Origin: Alphaproteobacteria bacterium
Lineage (GTDB): Bacteria; Pseudomonadota; Alphaproteobacteria; JAPOUT01; G958296285
Assembly: GCA_965209065.1 (NCBI GenBank)
Contig: OZ242373.1
Span: 646,202-710,201, forward strand
Direction: 5' to 3'
DNA: 64,000 bases
Shown here: one piece after another, positions 11,201 to 23,480 of the stretch
How positions within the stretch are numbered: position 1 is the first letter of the stretch
Layout: the number at the start of each line of letters is the position of its first letter
Notes under the pieces: model-generated
The model's database searches: none
Told to the model about the DNA's origin: nothing
What the model saw: only the letters and a program-made list of their open reading frames with translations
Translations under genes and position numbers: made by a program

Positions 11201-11652
11201 CGCACCGCATATTCCCCTTCGTTGGCAACAAGCTCGACACGCTGATAGCCGCTTTCGGCAAGAAATGTTTCCAAGGCACTAAAGGCATAAACCCCTCCCG
11301 CTTTTATCTCTAAGGAAGGAAAGGAATCTTGTGGCGGCACCTTTTGCATCGCCGAAGCCAGAGAAGCAATCAAAATCATGTTTTTGGTAGGCTTTGCTAT
11401 TCTCGCCAACGCAGCCGTGCGCATCGCCGCTATATGAACCGAAGGCGAAAAACTATCATAAGGCAAGCAATCGTAAGCAGGAACGTATAAAGCCTCCGCG
11501 CGCGGCGCAAAAAAGTTAAGCGAAGACAAAGCCCGTGTCGCTTTTATCTCGTCCTCAACAAGCCAGAGAATAGGACGCCCATACTCCGCCGAAAGCTCGG
11601 CAATCGCTTTTCCCTCTATGCCATCTAGAATGCCGCCAATGCTATTTATCAT
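8233..11652 (-). CDS. mfd: Transcription-repair coupling factor Mfd
   Basis: 1139 aa. Superfamily-2 helicase motifs [32 protein letters not shown]. The UvrB-homology N-terminus and C-terminal TRCF domain are collinear with Mfd. Confidence 0.9.
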   Translation of the reverse strand: MINSIGGILDGIEGKAIAELSAEYGRPILWLVEDEIKATRALSSLNFFAPRAEALYVPAYDCLPYDSFSPSVHIAAMRTAALARIAKPTKNMILIASLASAMQKVPPQDSFPSLEIKAGGVYAFSALETFLAESGYQRVELVANEGEYAVRGGIIDVYPANSLNPVRLDFLGDEIESLRLFDSESQMSLEKIESIRLYPASEVIINPKTQKRFQQAYIDEFGFAPESDLLYAAITAGRSVKGVEQYLPLFYPRLETIFTYLKEAILVYNESILSLAEDREIMIKTCYEGRLYSKQKALPPDRFYLTDEKLQSIVRNHTNITLSPFEAETTPNAKNYSNREAYNFSTARATGDKKIMEEVKHYIDKSTKPIWLAAATPVQSERIESLFEEWTLQKARTLDEARQQKGKTLSLIPLDIERGIETDESIIFCEEDILGKRTRSRRRRRRLSRSGRQRRDELLLAEALQPGDLITHRDHGIGRFVALTPIEVAGAKHDCLLIHYAAGDRLYVPVENTDLISRYGGGSEQVALDRLGSSVWQTRKERVQKRLWEMAGELITLAAKRQTALGNPLTPQAGLYEEFVAGFGFEETPDQAQAIEDVLTDLSKGKIMDRLICGDVGFGKTEVALRTAFIQAMSGKQVAVIVPTTLLCRQHYENFRKRFENFPLRVGQLSRLVSVKEKQEVRQALADGTLDIVIGTHFLLSESMAFNNLGLVIVDEEQHFGVQHKERLKEIRDDVHILTLTATPIPRTLQLALSGAREVSLIGDAPLGRLAVHSFIGAFDQMTTSQALIREKKRGGQSFFICPRIKNLEEAENFLLTHTPGLRVAVAHGRLAPQELEEQIGIFYDGAADVLLSTHIVEAGIDIANANTLVVWHAHQFGLAQLHQLRGRIGRGKKQGYAYFTLPPDLLITRQAEERLHALQATQFLGAGFSLAARDLDARGAGNLLGRDQSGHIKEIGYELYQRMLAEAVEMRQSNFDKKQESFSPRIHLPVAIMIPESYIPDMQVRLTLYRRIAQLDKDEELIELQAEIEDRFGSIPKQLTALFWTLRLKVAAKSAGVEELDLGKQLGLRFHKNKFDNLKGLVALIESLGTARLMSDHRLLIKLEEQKLDEKLQIGLNILQELGKLKREEHGNGTASRR
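10270..10345 (-). repeat. Arg-rich low-complexity insertion inside mfd ([21 protein letters not shown])
   Basis: GC-rich cgccgccgcc run; it encodes a poly-Arg tract in the linker before the helicase core. Confidence 0.6.
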
Positions 11653-12001
11653 TTTGGTGAAACTGCCTTATGCGCTCTATAATTTGCTGGTGCCGCTGCG
11701 GGGGAGTGGCACCCATTATCCAATCATAAATATCAGGGTCTTTTTCTTCCAGTAAATCCTCAAAGGCTTGGAGCGCCGCCTCATTAAGCCGCCCAGACGC
11801 GAGCATCTCGGACGCGAGCATCTCGGACGCGAGCGTCCCCGACACAAGCATCTGAGACGCGAGCGTCCCCGACACAAGCATCTGAGACGCGAGCGCCCAT
11901 GACGCGAAACGCCCGAGTAGTAAGTCCAGCTCTTTTGTTCCCCTGCGCCACGCCCGATACCGCGCGCGGCGGCAACGTTGTTCTAGGTTTGGCATATTCA
12001 C
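11642..12001 (-). CDS. sdhE: Succinate dehydrogenase assembly factor SdhE (DUF339) carrying in-frame tandem repeats
   Basis: 119 aa. It has the RGxxE motif (RRGTKELDLLLGRF). Its position between mfd and divergent recG is the conserved alphaproteobacterial arrangement. It is about 30 aa longer than typical because of internal repeats. Confidence 0.65.
   Translation of the reverse strand: MNMPNLEQRCRRARYRAWRRGTKELDLLLGRFASWALASQMLVSGTLASQMLVSGTLASEMLASEMLASGRLNEAALQAFEDLLEEKDPDIYDWIMGATPPQRHQQIIERIRQFHQNDK
11796..11890 (-). repeat. In-frame tandem repeats inside sdhE: 15-nt unit x2 (gacgcgagcatctcg) followed by 30-nt unit x2
   Basis: Read directly from the sequence. It encodes LASQMLVSGT LASQMLVSGT LASEM LASEM. 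Confidence 0.85.
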
Positions 12002-12024
12002 GGCACTAGCTTACAATAATATGT

Positions 12025-14148
12025 ATGCGACCGCAGATTCTTTTTCCTTTAGCCGCGCCCGCCACGAGCATCAAGGGTGTTGGCGTAAAGTTTGCCGTGC
12101 TGCTCAAAGGGCTGCTGGATATTGACGCGCGCGATGTCTGCGTGAGCGATTTGCTGTGGCACTTACCTTCGGGCTTGATAGATAGGTCGCGCAAGGTGGA
12201 AATCAGCGAGCTTGCGGCGTTAGAGGGAGAGCGCGTGCTGTTGGAGGTTGTGGTTGGCAAGCACAGCCCCTCTTTTCGCGGCAGGGGAGCTGGGCGGCGC
12301 GCGCCCTATCGAGTCGAGGTGTATGACGATAGCGCGAGTATGCAGCTGGTGTTTTTTCACGCGCGCGGGGATTATCTAAAGAAGCTTTTACCGCTTGGCG
12401 AGACGCGGTTTGTCAGCGGCAGCGTGGAGGTTTATCGCGAGCTACCGCAAATGACTCACCCTGATTACATTTTGACCGCGCGAGAAGCCCAAGAGCTACC
12501 GATGATTGAGCCGGTTTATCCTTTATGCGCGGGGCTGCGCTTACAAAAATTAGGCAAGCTGATAAGAGATGGTCTTAAACTCGCTCCCGCGCTTGAGGAG
12601 TGGGACGAGAAAACAAAAGAGCAAATGCATTTTCCTAGCTGGAAGGATGCGCTCCTCTTAGCCCACCACCCAAAAAGCAAAGCCGATTTAGCCCCTGCGA
12701 TGTTAGCGCGCGAGCGTCTTGCTTATGATGAGCTGTTAGCCAATCAGCTTGCGCTTGCCCTCATTCGCCACTGGAAAGAGAACCTGCCGGCGAGTGCCTT
12801 TCCTAAAAGTGTTGCGTTAAGACAAAAGGTTCTCAAGTCGCTGGACTATGAACTCACGCACTCGCAATGCCAAGCCCTAGAGGAAATCGATGAGGATATG
12901 GCGAAGCCCAAGCCGATGTTGCGCTTGCTGCAAGGCGATGTCGGCTCGGGCAAAACGATTACCGCTTTTTGCGCGATGCTCAATGCGGTGGAAGCGCAAG
13001 CGCAAGCCGCCTTGATGGCACCGACGGAAATTCTAGCTCAACAGCACGCCAATAGCTTGCGCCCCCTATGCGATGCATGCGGGATAAGCCTTGATGTTTT
13101 GACAAGTCGCACCAGCGGTATCGAGCGCGACCAACTGCTAAAAAAAATTAAAGCGGGCGAGGTTTCTATTATTATTGGCACGCATAGTTTGTTCCAAAAG
13201 GATGTGATTTTTGACCAACTCGGGCTGGTGGTGATAGACGAGCAACATAAATTTGGCGTTCATCAAAGGCTTTTGCTTTCTTCCAAATCGCTCAAGACGG
13301 CTGATGTTCTGGCGATGACGGCGACTCCCATTCCGCGCACCTTAACCTTAACATCCTATGGCGATATGGATATTTCTGTGATTAAAGAAAAGCCGCGCGG
13401 ACGCGGCGAAATTACAACGCGCGCCCTGCCCGCTAAGCGCATTGGCGATATTACCAAAGCTCTCGAGCGCGCGGTCGCTAACGAGGAGCAAGCCTATTGG
13501 GTCTGCCCTTTCATCGAACCCAACGAATATGCCGAAAGTAAAGTTATCACCGCAACCGAGCGCTATGCGTTTTTGCGTAAAACCCTGCCCTTCGCGGTTG
13601 GTTTAATTCACGGCAGAATGAAAGCCAAAGAGCGCGATGAGGTTTTGTCGGCGTTCAAGGCGGGGGAGATAAAGCTGCTTGTCGCAACAAGCGTGATTGA
13701 GGTGGGGATGGATATTCCCAACGCTACGATTATGGTGATTGAGCATGCCGAGCGTTTTGGTTTAGCCCAGCTGCACCAGTTGCGCGGACGCGTGGGGCGC
13801 GGCAGTCGTGCTTCGAGCTGCCTGCTACTTTATGCCGAGCCTCTAGGCGAAACGGCGCGCCAGCGGCTTGACGCGCTGCGCAAGAGCAATGATGGCTTTG
13901 AAATAGCCGAGATTGATTTGGCTTTACGCGGATTTGGCGAACTTCTCGGCACGCGGCAGAGTGGGGCTGAAGGTTTTCGCTTGGTTGATTTGCGTGTGCA
14001 TAAGAAGCTGCTCGCCCTTGCTGCCGAGCGCGCTCGCGAAATTGTGGCGGAAAATCCTAGATTAGAAGGAGAAGAAGGTGAAAAATTGCGTGTGCTGCTT
14101 TATCTGTTCAGGCGCGATGAGGTAAGCAATTATGCCCGTTCGGGTTAA
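12025..14148 (+). CDS. recG: ATP-dependent DNA helicase RecG
   Basis: 707 aa. Motifs GDVGSGKT, DEQHKFGV, HQLRGRVGRG, and an N-terminal wedge domain. It is divergent from sdhE-mfd with only 23 nt between the start codons. Confidence 0.9.
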   Translation: MRPQILFPLAAPATSIKGVGVKFAVLLKGLLDIDARDVCVSDLLWHLPSGLIDRSRKVEISELAALEGERVLLEVVVGKHSPSFRGRGAGRRAPYRVEVYDDSASMQLVFFHARGDYLKKLLPLGETRFVSGSVEVYRELPQMTHPDYILTAREAQELPMIEPVYPLCAGLRLQKLGKLIRDGLKLAPALEEWDEKTKEQMHFPSWKDALLLAHHPKSKADLAPAMLARERLAYDELLANQLALALIRHWKENLPASAFPKSVALRQKVLKSLDYELTHSQCQALEEIDEDMAKPKPMLRLLQGDVGSGKTITAFCAMLNAVEAQAQAALMAPTEILAQQHANSLRPLCDACGISLDVLTSRTSGIERDQLLKKIKAGEVSIIIGTHSLFQKDVIFDQLGLVVIDEQHKFGVHQRLLLSSKSLKTADVLAMTATPIPRTLTLTSYGDMDISVIKEKPRGRGEITTRALPAKRIGDITKALERAVANEEQAYWVCPFIEPNEYAESKVITATERYAFLRKTLPFAVGLIHGRMKAKERDEVLSAFKAGEIKLLVATSVIEVGMDIPNATIMVIEHAERFGLAQLHQLRGRVGRGSRASSCLLLYAEPLGETARQRLDALRKSNDGFEIAEIDLALRGFGELLGTRQSGAEGFRLVDLRVHKKLLALAAERAREIVAENPRLEGEEGEKLRVLLYLFRRDEVSNYARSG

Positions 14149-14162
14149 GGTCAGGTTAAAGG

Positions 14163-17100
14163 TTAAGGCGCGGGCGCGGGCGCTTCTTTAGGCGTCTCGT
14201 CTGTTTGCGTTTCTTCAAGCAAGGCGGCTTGCTCGCTTGCTTTGTGGCGCAAGGCTTGGATAAACCGCCCGGTGCCGACAGGAATCAACCGCCCAACAAT
14301 AACATTTTCCTTGAGCCCCGACAGCCTATCAACCTTGCCGTTGATAGCAGCTTCGGTGAGGACGCGCGTGGTTTCTTGGAAACTCGCCGCCGAAATAAAC
14401 GAGCGCGTTTGCAAGCTCGCCTTTGTGATGCCAAGCAAAACAGGTTTTGCTTTGATTGGATTTTTACCTTCAGCAATAAGTTTAGCGTTCTCGTTTTCAC
14501 AATCGATTTTCTCAACCTGCATACCTTCGCGCAAGAGGCTGTCGCCGCTATCGGTAATTTCAACTTTGCGCAACATCTGCCTGAGGATAATTTCAATATG
14601 CTTATCGTTAATGCCCACGCCTTGTAAGCGGTAAATTTCTTGGACGCTATCAATCATATAGTGCGCGAGGTCTTGAATGCCACCGATAGCGAGAATATCA
14701 TGCGGGTCGGGGTTGCCATCAACAAGCGTGTCTCCCTTTTCTACCTCATCGCCATCGGCAATGAGCAAGTGGCGGTCCTTAGAAATTTTATATTCAACAA
14801 CATCATCATCTTTATTATCAGGGTGAAGCAGAATGAGACGGCGCGTTTTATAACCCTTAGCAAACTCAATCCTGCCATTTATTTTAGCGAGAATAGCTTG
14901 GTCGCGCGGTTGGCGCGCCTCAAACAGCTCTGCCACACGCGGCAAGCCGCCGGTGATGTCTCTCGTTTTCGTGCTTTCTGTCGGAATACGCGCGAGCGTA
15001 TCTCCCGCCTTGACCGACTGCTGCGGCTCGGCAGACAAAATAGCGTCAGGCGAAAGCAAATAACGTGCTTCCCTATCGTCTATCGTAACGATTTTACCTT
15101 TTTTATCTTTAATCACAAGCGCAGGCACAAGCTCCGCGCCTTCCGATTGCGTGCTCCAGTCGATAACCACACGCTGGGTAATGCCCGTGGCTTCATCGGT
15201 TACCTCTTTAATCGAAACGCCATCGACAATATCCTCGTAGAAAACATCGCCATTCGCTTCGCTAATGATAGGTCGGGTGTAGTGGTCCCACTCAGCGATG
15301 TGCGTTCCCTTGCTTACCTTGCTGTTGTTTTTCACATTGAGCTTCATGCCCGAACGAAGCTTTTGATTCATACGCTCAACGCCATTTTCATCTACCAGCT
15401 TTAAGATGTTTTTCTTACCGCGCCCCATCACAATGATTTCACCCGCGCTATTGGTGGCAATATCTATATTCTCTATTTGGACTTTGCCGTCATCAATCGC
15501 TTCCAAGAAGGACTGGCTGACAATTTGCGCCGCACCGCCAATGTGGAAAGTGCGCATGGTTAATTGCGTTCCCGGTTCCCCAATGCTTTGCGCCGCCATA
15601 ATACCAACGGCTTCACCCATATTGACCTCCGTGCCACGCGCGAGGTCTCTGCCATAACAGGTGGCGCAAACGCCATCTTTTATTTGACACATCAAAGGTG
15701 TGCGCACTTCTATCTCGTGCATACCCAAAGCCTCAATATCTTGCGCGACTTCTTCGGTAATCATTTCACCAGCCTTGGCGATAACCTTCCTTTTGTTTTG
15801 TGGGTCAGTAATGTTTTTCGCCGGCGCGCGACCAATAATACGCACCGCAAGAGAAACCAAAGTGCTAGAAGATTCTTCAACCGCGCTCATAATGATGCCC
15901 TCATCAGTGCCGCAGTCTTCCTCCGTGACGACGCAATCTTGCGCGACATCCACCAGCCTTCTCGTCAAATAGCCAGAGTTCGCCGTTTTAAGCGCCGTAT
16001 CCGCTAACCCCTTACGCGCACCATGCGTAGAGTTAAAGTATTCTAAAACGGTCAGCCCTTCCTTAAAGTTAGAAATAATCGGCGTTTCAATAATTTCACC
16101 CGAAGGCCGCGCCATAAGCCCGCGCATACCAGCAAGCTGCTTCATCTGCGTGGGAGAACCCCGCGCACCCGAATGCGCCATCATGTGCAAAGAATTCACC
16201 GGCTCTACTTTATCGGTCTTCTTATCTATCTTGGGAGAGGAAATTTCTTTCATCATAACCTCGGCTACCCTGTCGGTGCATTTAGACCAAGCGTCAATCA
16301 CTTTATTGTATTTCTCACCGCGCGTTATCAGCCCTTCGGCATATTGGTGCTCAAACTCATTCACCAGAACATGGGTTTCGTCTATCAAAGCCTGCTTCCC
16401 TTGCGGCACGAGCATATCGTCCTTGCTGAGCGAAATGCCCGCAGAGCACGCCTCGCGAAAACCGAGCCCCATCATTTTATCGCAGAAAACCACCGTCGCC
16501 TTCTGCCCGCAATGGCGATAGACGCTGTCAATTAGCCCCGAAATCTCTTTCACCGTTAGCAAGCGATTGACAAGCTCAAAAGGCAAATTAGGATGGTGAG
16601 GCAAAAACTCGCCTATCATCATTCTGCCGGGCGTGGTTTCGACAATTTCCACAACCTCTTCGCCCTGCCGATTGACAGAACGGCGGCGCGCTCTAATGTT
16701 AGCGTGAATCGACAGATGCCCGCTATCCAAAGCCATCTTAATCTCCGCCATAGAGCCGTAAGATGTGTTCTCACCCTTTTCTTTGTCAATTTGCTGGGAG
16801 ATATAATAAAGCCCAAGCACAATATCTTGGCTCGGCACGATAATCGGGTCGCCGTTGGCGGGGTGGAGAATGTTATTGCTCGCCATCATCAAGACGCGCG
16901 CCTCAAGCTGCGCTTCAAGCGAAAGAGGCACATGAACCGCCATCTGGTCGCCATCGAAATCGGCGTTGAAAGCCGCGCACACCAGCGGATGAAGTTGAAT
17001 AGCCTTACCCTCAATCAAAACGGGCTCGAAAGCCTGCACGCCTAAGCGATGCAAAGTGGGCGCGCGGTTCAACAAAATCGGGTGTTCGCGAATGACTTGG

Positions 17101-18455
17101 TCGAGAATATTCCAAACTTCGTGATGTTGGTTCTCAACCATCTTCTTAGATTGCTTCAAGGTGGCAGAGAGACCATGCTTTTGTAGCCCCGCATAGATGA
17201 AGGGCTTAAAGAGCTCTAGCGCCATATATTTTGGCAGCCCGCACTGGTGGAGCTTGAGCTCAGGACCAACAACAATAACAGAGCGTCCAGAATAATCAAC
17301 ACGCTTACCCAAAAGGTTTTGACGGAAACGCCCCTGCTTGCCTTTCAGCATATCCGCGAGCGATTTGAGCGGGCGCTTATTACTGCCAGCGATAGCGCGA
17401 CCGCGTCTGCCGTTATCAAACAGCGCATCAACAGATTCTTGTAGCATTCTCTTCTCGTTGCGAATGATAATATCCGGCGAGTGAAGTTCAATGAGCTTTT
17501 TCAAGCGGTTGTTGCGGTTAATCACACGGCGATATAAATCATTGAGGTCGGAAGTGGCGAAGCGGCTGCCTTCCAACGGCACAAGCGGACGCAGCTCAGG
17601 CGGCAAGACCGGCAGAACAGACAAAACCATCCATTGCGGAAGATTGCCCGAGTCGATAAAAGCTTCAACCAACTTTAACCGCTTTGTTAGCTTTTGTATT
17701 TTAATATCCGTGCTTGCCTCTTCCATCTCTTTGCGCAGTTGTGTAGAAAGTTTCTCTAGGTCGATTCCTTCAAGCATAGTGCGCACGGCTTCCGCGCCTG
17801 TTTTAGCTTCAAATTCATCTTCGCCATATTCATCACCTGCTTGGCGATATTCATCTTCGCTAAGCAGCTGCCCTTGCTTGAGCGGCGTTGTTCCCGATTC
17901 AGTAACGATAAAACTTTCATAATATAAAACGCGCTCTAGGTTTTTTAGCTGCATATCCAACATAAGCCCAATACGGCTTGGCAAGGATTTCATAAACCAA
18001 ATGTGCGCGACCGGTGTCGCGAGTTCAATATGCCCCATACGCTCGCGCCGCACTTTAGAGAGCGTTACTTCAACGCCGCACTTCTCGCAGACGATGCCCT
18101 TGTTTTTCATTCGCTTATATTTTCCACAGAGGCATTCGTAATCTTTTTGCGGACCGAAAATTTGCGCGCAGAACAAACCATCGCGCTCAGGCTTGAACGT
18201 GCGATAGTTTATCGTCTCAGGCTTTTTGATTTCCCCCCAAGACCACGACCTAATCTGCTCGGGACTGGCGATGGAAATACGAATTTGATCAAAGTCTTGG
18301 TCTAGCTTTTTATTTATCTTAAACAAATCCATCGCTTGCGCTTGCGCATCTTCCCGAGAGCTAGGGCTAGGTCTTGAGCTCACGCGTGAGTTCACACGCC
18401 CACCCATTTGGGACGAATCCAATCCAAAATTTGACTTTGTTTCTGTTTGCGACAT
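14163..18455 (-). CDS. rpoC: DNA-directed RNA polymerase subunit beta'
   Basis: 1430 aa. It has the Zn-finger [21 protein letters not shown], the [14 protein letters not shown] catalytic loop, and the trigger loop region. Confidence 0.97.
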   Translation of the reverse strand: MSQTETKSNFGLDSSQMGGRVNSRVSSRPSPSSREDAQAQAMDLFKINKKLDQDFDQIRISIASPEQIRSWSWGEIKKPETINYRTFKPERDGLFCAQIFGPQKDYECLCGKYKRMKNKGIVCEKCGVEVTLSKVRRERMGHIELATPVAHIWFMKSLPSRIGLMLDMQLKNLERVLYYESFIVTESGTTPLKQGQLLSEDEYRQAGDEYGEDEFEAKTGAEAVRTMLEGIDLEKLSTQLRKEMEEASTDIKIQKLTKRLKLVEAFIDSGNLPQWMVLSVLPVLPPELRPLVPLEGSRFATSDLNDLYRRVINRNNRLKKLIELHSPDIIIRNEKRMLQESVDALFDNGRRGRAIAGSNKRPLKSLADMLKGKQGRFRQNLLGKRVDYSGRSVIVVGPELKLHQCGLPKYMALELFKPFIYAGLQKHGLSATLKQSKKMVENQHHEVWNILDQVIREHPILLNRAPTLHRLGVQAFEPVLIEGKAIQLHPLVCAAFNADFDGDQMAVHVPLSLEAQLEARVLMMASNNILHPANGDPIIVPSQDIVLGLYYISQQIDKEKGENTSYGSMAEIKMALDSGHLSIHANIRARRRSVNRQGEEVVEIVETTPGRMMIGEFLPHHPNLPFELVNRLLTVKEISGLIDSVYRHCGQKATVVFCDKMMGLGFREACSAGISLSKDDMLVPQGKQALIDETHVLVNEFEHQYAEGLITRGEKYNKVIDAWSKCTDRVAEVMMKEISSPKIDKKTDKVEPVNSLHMMAHSGARGSPTQMKQLAGMRGLMARPSGEIIETPIISNFKEGLTVLEYFNSTHGARKGLADTALKTANSGYLTRRLVDVAQDCVVTEEDCGTDEGIIMSAVEESSSTLVSLAVRIIGRAPAKNITDPQNKRKVIAKAGEMITEEVAQDIEALGMHEIEVRTPLMCQIKDGVCATCYGRDLARGTEVNMGEAVGIMAAQSIGEPGTQLTMRTFHIGGAAQIVSQSFLEAIDDGKVQIENIDIATNSAGEIIVMGRGKKNILKLVDENGVERMNQKLRSGMKLNVKNNSKVSKGTHIAEWDHYTRPIISEANGDVFYEDIVDGVSIKEVTDEATGITQRVVIDWSTQSEGAELVPALVIKDKKGKIVTIDDREARYLLSPDAILSAEPQQSVKAGDTLARIPTESTKTRDITGGLPRVAELFEARQPRDQAILAKINGRIEFAKGYKTRRLILLHPDNKDDDVVEYKISKDRHLLIADGDEVEKGDTLVDGNPDPHDILAIGGIQDLAHYMIDSVQEIYRLQGVGINDKHIEIILRQMLRKVEITDSGDSLLREGMQVEKIDCENENAKLIAEGKNPIKAKPVLLGITKASLQTRSFISAASFQETTRVLTEAAINGKVDRLSGLKENVIVGRLIPVGTGRFIQALRHKASEQAALLEETQTDETPKEAPAPAP

Positions 18456-21400
18456 TATTTTTCCTCTTCTATTTGTGTGTCTTGGGTCAAATCCACATTA
18501 AGCCCCAGCGCGCGCATTTCCATCACAAGCACATTGAAACTTTCAGGCACACCAATGGTAAAAGCATCTTCCCCTTGAACAATTGCCTCATAGGCTTTGG
18601 TCCTGCCAGCAACATCATCAGATTTAATCGTGAGCATTTCTTGTAGCGTGTAGCCCGCGCCATAAGCCTCAAGCGCCCAGACTTCCATTTCGCCGAAACG
18701 CTGCCCGCCAAATTTAGCCTTGCCCCCAAGCGGCTGCTGGGTAACCAAGCTGTAAGGTCCAATCGAGCGCGCATGAATTTTCTCATCAACCAAATGGTGA
18801 AGTTTAAGCATATAAATATAGCCAATCGTCACCGGCCGCGCGAAAGGGTCGCCCGTTCTGCCGTCACGCAGGATAACCTGCCCCGAACTATCAAAGCCAA
18901 CCTGCGTGAGAATGCGCGTGATTTCCTTTTCGTCAGCACCATTGAAAACCGGCGTGGCAATAGGAACGCCTTCGCGCAAACTGCTAGACGACTTAACAAG
19001 CTCGCCATCATTCTTTTTAAGCAAGTCAGAGTTTTCGCCATAAATTTCTCCCCACGCTCTGCGCAAGGTTTGAATGTTTTTATCCTTCTCATAAGCGCTA
19101 AGCGCGTTGCCAATTTTATAACCCATGCCGGCACATGCCCAGCCCATGTGGGTTTCTAGAATTTGTCCGACATTCATACGACTCGGCACGCCAAGCGGGT
19201 TCAGCACAATATCAATCGGCGTGCCGTCTTCGCGATAGGGCATATCCTCAATCGGCATAATTTTACTAATCACGCCCTTATTGCCATGACGCCCTGCCAT
19301 TTTATCGCCCTGCTGTATTTTGCGCTTGATAGCGACAAAAACTTTAATCACTTTCATCACACCGGGTGCTAGGTCTAATCCGTCACGCACCTTTTGAGAC
19401 TTCAGCTCGAAACTTGTTTCAAGCGCAGCCTCTCCCTCATCGAAAGATTTGCGCAGGGTTGAAGATTCATAGCGCGCTTTTTCATCTTGCGGCACAATGT
19501 TCCACCATTGCCTTTGAGGAATGTCGTCAAGAATTTCCTCCGTGATGGTTATTCCGGCTTTTAGCTCGCCGCCTTGCGAAACCTTGCTGCCAATCAAAAT
19601 GTTGCGCAGGCGATTATAGGTGTTGCGGCGCAAAACCGAACGCTCATCTTCTTTATCGCGTAGCAAGCGTTCCACTTCAGCGCTTTCGATAATCATCGCG
19701 CGCTCGTCTTTATCGATGCCGTGGCGGTTGAACACGCGCACATCCACCACCGTGCCTGACGCACCCGGCGGTAAGCGCAAAGAAGTATCGCGCACATCGG
19801 AGGCTTTTTCGCCAAAGATAGCCCGCAGAAGTTTTTCTTCAGCCGTCATCGGCGATTCACTTTTGGGCGTGGTTTTACCGACAAGAACATCACCCGCTTT
19901 TACTTGCGCGCCGACATAAATAATGCCGACCTCGTCTAAATTAGAAAGAGCCTCCTCACCAACATTAGGAACATCGCGCGTGATTTCTTCAGGTCCTAGC
20001 TTGGTGTCGAGCGCAAGCACATCAAAAGATTCAATATGAATAGAGGTATAAACATCATCGCTCACCAGCCGCTCTGATATTAAAATAGAATCCTCAAAGT
20101 TATATCCGTTCCAAGGCATAAAGGCGACCAAAACATTGCGCCCGAGCGCCAATTCTCCGTTATGCGTGGCAGGACCATCAGCAATAATATCGCCCTTTTT
20201 AACATTCTGACCGACATAAACCAACGGACGCTGGTTGATACACGTCCCTTGATTAGACCGCTGAAATTTACGCAAATTATAAATATCCACGCCGGGGTCG
20301 GACGGGTCGGAAACATTTTGGGCGCGGATAAAAATACGCTTCGCATCAACTTGGTCGACAAGCCCCGCGCGCTCCGCCACCACCGCGGCACCGCTATCTC
20401 TCGCGACCACGCTCTCCATTCCCGTGCCAACAAGAGGCGCTACCGGAGTCATCAAAGGAACCGCTTGGCGTTGCATGTTAGAGCCCATCAAAGCGCGGTT
20501 GGCGTCGTCGTTTTCCAAAAAGGGAATGAGTGCTGCAGCAATAGAAACAATCTGCTTAGGCGAGACATCCATATAATCCACTTCGTTTGGTGCCATTAGC
20601 TCGAACTCGCCATTGATACGGCAGTTAATCAGCTCTTCTTGAACCGCGCCCTTATCATCAATTTTGATGTTGGCTTGCGCGATGTGGTGCGCCGCCTCAT
20701 CAATCGCCGAGAGATAATCAACCTCATCAGTAATCTTGCCCTCACGGATACGGCGGTAGGGTGTTTCAATCAAGCCATACTTATTTATGCGCGCGTAAGT
20801 GGAGAGCGAGTTTATCAAACCGATATTAGGTCCCTCAGGCGTTTCAATCGGGCAAATTCTGCCGTAGTGCGTGGGGTGAACATCGCGCACTTCAAAGCCT
20901 GCGCGCTCGCGCGTGAGACCGCCCGGTCCGAGCGCCGAAAGCCTGCGCTTATGCGTGATTTCCGACAAGGGATTGGTCTGGTCCATAAACTGCGACAGCT
21001 GAGACGAACCAAAGAACTCACGCACCATAGACATAATGGATTTAGAATTTATCAAAGCCTGAGGCGCGGAAGTTTCTATATCAACCGAACCCATACGCTC
21101 GCGGACGGTTCGCTCCATACGCATCAAGCCAACGCGATACTGATTTTCCATCAGCTCACCCACAGAGCGCACCCGCCGATTGCCTAAATTATCAATATCA
21201 TCAACCACGCCGCGTCCCGAACGAATTTCAACCAGCATCTTGAGAATAGCGATGATATCTTCTTTTATTAAAGTCGTGTTGTCATCGGAAATATCCAGCG
21301 CCAGCTTGCGGTTGATATTCACACGCCCGACCGGAGATAAATCATAACGCTCCTTTTCAAAGAACATCTGCTGGAACAAAAGCTCTGCGGCTTCTAGCGT

Positions 21401-22561
21401 GGGCGGGTCGCCGGGGCGCATCACGTGATAAATTTCTTTAAGCGCGTCTTCCTTGCTGTCGCACTTATCCGCCACGAGCGTGTTGCGCACATAAGGACCC
21501 ACATTGACATAATCAATATCAAGCAAATTAAGCTCGGCAATATTGAGCTCTTTTATCTGCCCGAGCATGCCTTTGGTTATCTGCGAACCGGCAAGCGCGA
21601 TAAGCTCTCCCGTTTTGGGATGCGCCAAATCGTCAGCAATGAATTTTGTTATCAAGGCATCAAAAGGCAAAGAGAGCCTTTCAATTTTGTTCTCCTTCAA
21701 CTGCTTTATGATGCGACCGGTTATTTTGCTGCCCGCTTCTATGACGACCTCACCCGAAGTGGGGTCTTTCACATTATAATCAAAACTAACGCCACGAAGT
21801 TTATCTGTTTTACACGGGATAACCCAAGCATCATCTTGGCGTTTGTAAAGCGATATATCGTAAAAATACTTGAAAATATCTTGCGGCTCTAGCCCCAGCG
21901 CGCGCAGAATAATCGTCGCGGGAATTTTGCGGCGGCGGTCGATGCGCGCGTAAAGCAAATCCTTAAAATCAAATTCAAAGTCTAACCACGAACCACGATA
22001 GGGAATAATCCGCACCGAAAATAATAATTTACCCGAAGAGTGAGTCTTGCCCTTGTCGTGGTCGAAAAAGACGCCGGGGCTTCTATGCATTTGCGAAACA
22101 ACAACACGCTCAGCACCATTGACAATAAACGTGCCGTTTTCAGTCATCAAAGGAATTTCACCCATATAAACATCTTGCTCTTTGACATCTTTAATAGAGC
22201 GCGAGCCGGTTTCTTCATCTATGTTGAAAACCGTTAGCTGCAACGAACACTTAACCGCAGCTTCATAGGTCAAGCCGCGATGACGACATTCCTCAATATC
22301 ATACTTTGGCTCCTCAAGCACATAATCGATGAAATCTAATTGCGCTTTGCCGGCAAAATCTCTTATTGGGAAAACTGACTTGAAAACGCCATACAAACCA
22401 ACCGCCTTACGCCCGCCTTCAGGTCTTCGCGTTTGAAGAAAGGCGTTGTAAGATTGCTGCTGCACCGCGATAAGATTTGGCATCTCCGGCGCTTGATGCG
22501 CCGAACCAAAAACCTTACGCAACTCAAAAGGTTTCTCCGTTATGGCTTCTTTCATTGCCAA
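18455..22561 (-). CDS. rpoB: DNA-directed RNA polymerase subunit beta
   Basis: 1368 aa. It has the rifampicin-cluster region ([34 protein letters not shown]) and the N-terminus [12 protein letters not shown]. It overlaps the rpoC start by 1 nt. Confidence 0.97.
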   Translation of the reverse strand: MAMKEAITEKPFELRKVFGSAHQAPEMPNLIAVQQQSYNAFLQTRRPEGGRKAVGLYGVFKSVFPIRDFAGKAQLDFIDYVLEEPKYDIEECRHRGLTYEAAVKCSLQLTVFNIDEETGSRSIKDVKEQDVYMGEIPLMTENGTFIVNGAERVVVSQMHRSPGVFFDHDKGKTHSSGKLLFSVRIIPYRGSWLDFEFDFKDLLYARIDRRRKIPATIILRALGLEPQDIFKYFYDISLYKRQDDAWVIPCKTDKLRGVSFDYNVKDPTSGEVVIEAGSKITGRIIKQLKENKIERLSLPFDALITKFIADDLAHPKTGELIALAGSQITKGMLGQIKELNIAELNLLDIDYVNVGPYVRNTLVADKCDSKEDALKEIYHVMRPGDPPTLEAAELLFQQMFFEKERYDLSPVGRVNINRKLALDISDDNTTLIKEDIIAILKMLVEIRSGRGVVDDIDNLGNRRVRSVGELMENQYRVGLMRMERTVRERMGSVDIETSAPQALINSKSIMSMVREFFGSSQLSQFMDQTNPLSEITHKRRLSALGPGGLTRERAGFEVRDVHPTHYGRICPIETPEGPNIGLINSLSTYARINKYGLIETPYRRIREGKITDEVDYLSAIDEAAHHIAQANIKIDDKGAVQEELINCRINGEFELMAPNEVDYMDVSPKQIVSIAAALIPFLENDDANRALMGSNMQRQAVPLMTPVAPLVGTGMESVVARDSGAAVVAERAGLVDQVDAKRIFIRAQNVSDPSDPGVDIYNLRKFQRSNQGTCINQRPLVYVGQNVKKGDIIADGPATHNGELALGRNVLVAFMPWNGYNFEDSILISERLVSDDVYTSIHIESFDVLALDTKLGPEEITRDVPNVGEEALSNLDEVGIIYVGAQVKAGDVLVGKTTPKSESPMTAEEKLLRAIFGEKASDVRDTSLRLPPGASGTVVDVRVFNRHGIDKDERAMIIESAEVERLLRDKEDERSVLRRNTYNRLRNILIGSKVSQGGELKAGITITEEILDDIPQRQWWNIVPQDEKARYESSTLRKSFDEGEAALETSFELKSQKVRDGLDLAPGVMKVIKVFVAIKRKIQQGDKMAGRHGNKGVISKIMPIEDMPYREDGTPIDIVLNPLGVPSRMNVGQILETHMGWACAGMGYKIGNALSAYEKDKNIQTLRRAWGEIYGENSDLLKKNDGELVKSSSSLREGVPIATPVFNGADEKEITRILTQVGFDSSGQVILRDGRTGDPFARPVTIGYIYMLKLHHLVDEKIHARSIGPYSLVTQQPLGGKAKFGGQRFGEMEVWALEAYGAGYTLQEMLTIKSDDVAGRTKAYEAIVQGEDAFTIGVPESFNVLVMEMRALGLNVDLTQDTQIEEEK

Positions 22562-22566
22562 CGCGC

Positions 22567-22941
22567 CTATTTCAATTCTACCTTAGCGCCTGCTTCTTCT
22601 AACTTTTTCTTAAATTCAGCGGCTTCTTCTTTGGGAACATCGGTTTTAATTTCTTTCGGGGCGGCTTCGACCAAGTCTTTAGCGTCTTTCAAGCCTAGCC
22701 CTGTGATAGAGCGCACTTCTTTAATGACGTTTATTTTTTTGTCGCCCGCTGCTTCAAGGAAGACCGTGAAGCTGGTTTTCTCTTCTTCGGCTTCGGCTTC
22801 GGCACTTGGTGCGGCGGCGGCGGGTGCAGCCATCGCGGCGGCACTCACGCCCCACTTTTCCTCTAGGAGCTTGGAAAGCTCGGAGGCTTCTAAAATTGTG
22901 AGCGCTGATAAATCTTCAGCAATTTTTTCTAGGTCTGCCAT
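22567..22941 (-). CDS. rplL: 50S ribosomal protein L7/L12
   Basis: 124 aa. Ala/Glu-rich hinge and the C-terminal [22 protein letters not shown]. It ends only 5 nt before the rpoB start. Confidence 0.95.
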   Translation of the reverse strand: MADLEKIAEDLSALTILEASELSKLLEEKWGVSAAAMAAPAAAAPSAEAEAEEEKTSFTVFLEAAGDKKINVIKEVRSITGLGLKDAKDLVEAAPKEIKTDVPKEEAAEFKKKLEEAGAKVELK

Positions 22942-22955
22942 TTGGATTCCTCCTT

Positions 22956-23480
22956 TTAGTCTTTAGCCACGCGCGCGACTAGAACACGCGCGATAGTAGA
23001 GCCAGGTTGATTGAATAGGGTAATTAATTTGCTTGCTGGTTGTGTTATAAGCCCAATTAGCTTCGAGCGCAAGTCATTTATTGAAGGTAAATTAGCAAGC
23101 TCGCGCACCTCGTTTTCTTGGAGCAGAGCGCCGTCCATCGCCCCCCCCAGCAGCTTGAGATTCTCGTGCTGCTTGCCAAAATCGACAATAATCTTCGGAA
23201 TCTGGGTAACCGCGCTCTCATCGTCCGAAGTGGCGATAGCCGTGGGACCCTGAAAGAGGTCTTTGAGCGTGGCGTTTGGCGTGCCTTCGAGAGCTCTCAA
23301 AGCGAGGCGGTTTTTGGTTATCTGTAGCTTGCCCTTACTCGCGGCGAGCTGCTCGCGTAGCTCGGTGAGGGCTGCCACCGAATTGCCCGAATAGTGCGTC
23401 ACCACAACAATTTTGGAGCTGCTAAACAGCTCTTGAAGTTTGGCGACTCTTTCTTCTTTGCGTTCGCGTTGGACACTCAT
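22956..23480 (-). CDS. rplJ: 50S ribosomal protein L10
   Basis: 174 aa, in conserved order between rplA and rplL. Its start codon is adjacent to the rplA stop. Confidence 0.9.
   Translation of the reverse strand: MSVQRERKEERVAKLQELFSSSKIVVVTHYSGNSVAALTELREQLAASKGKLQITKNRLALRALEGTPNATLKDLFQGPTAIATSDDESAVTQIPKIIVDFGKQHENLKLLGGAMDGALLQENEVRELANLPSINDLRSKLIGLITQPASKLITLFNQPGSTIARVLVARVAKD

Noticed and set aside
14205-22237. Numerous 60-250-aa ORFs on the plus strand inside rpoC and rpoB (for example 14640-15404, 16593-17045, 20639-21187, 21425-21892)
   Set aside because: They lie antisense to highly conserved RNA polymerase genes, they are low-complexity and Arg-rich, and no motifs are recognisable. 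They are typical shadow ORFs in GC-rich coding DNA.
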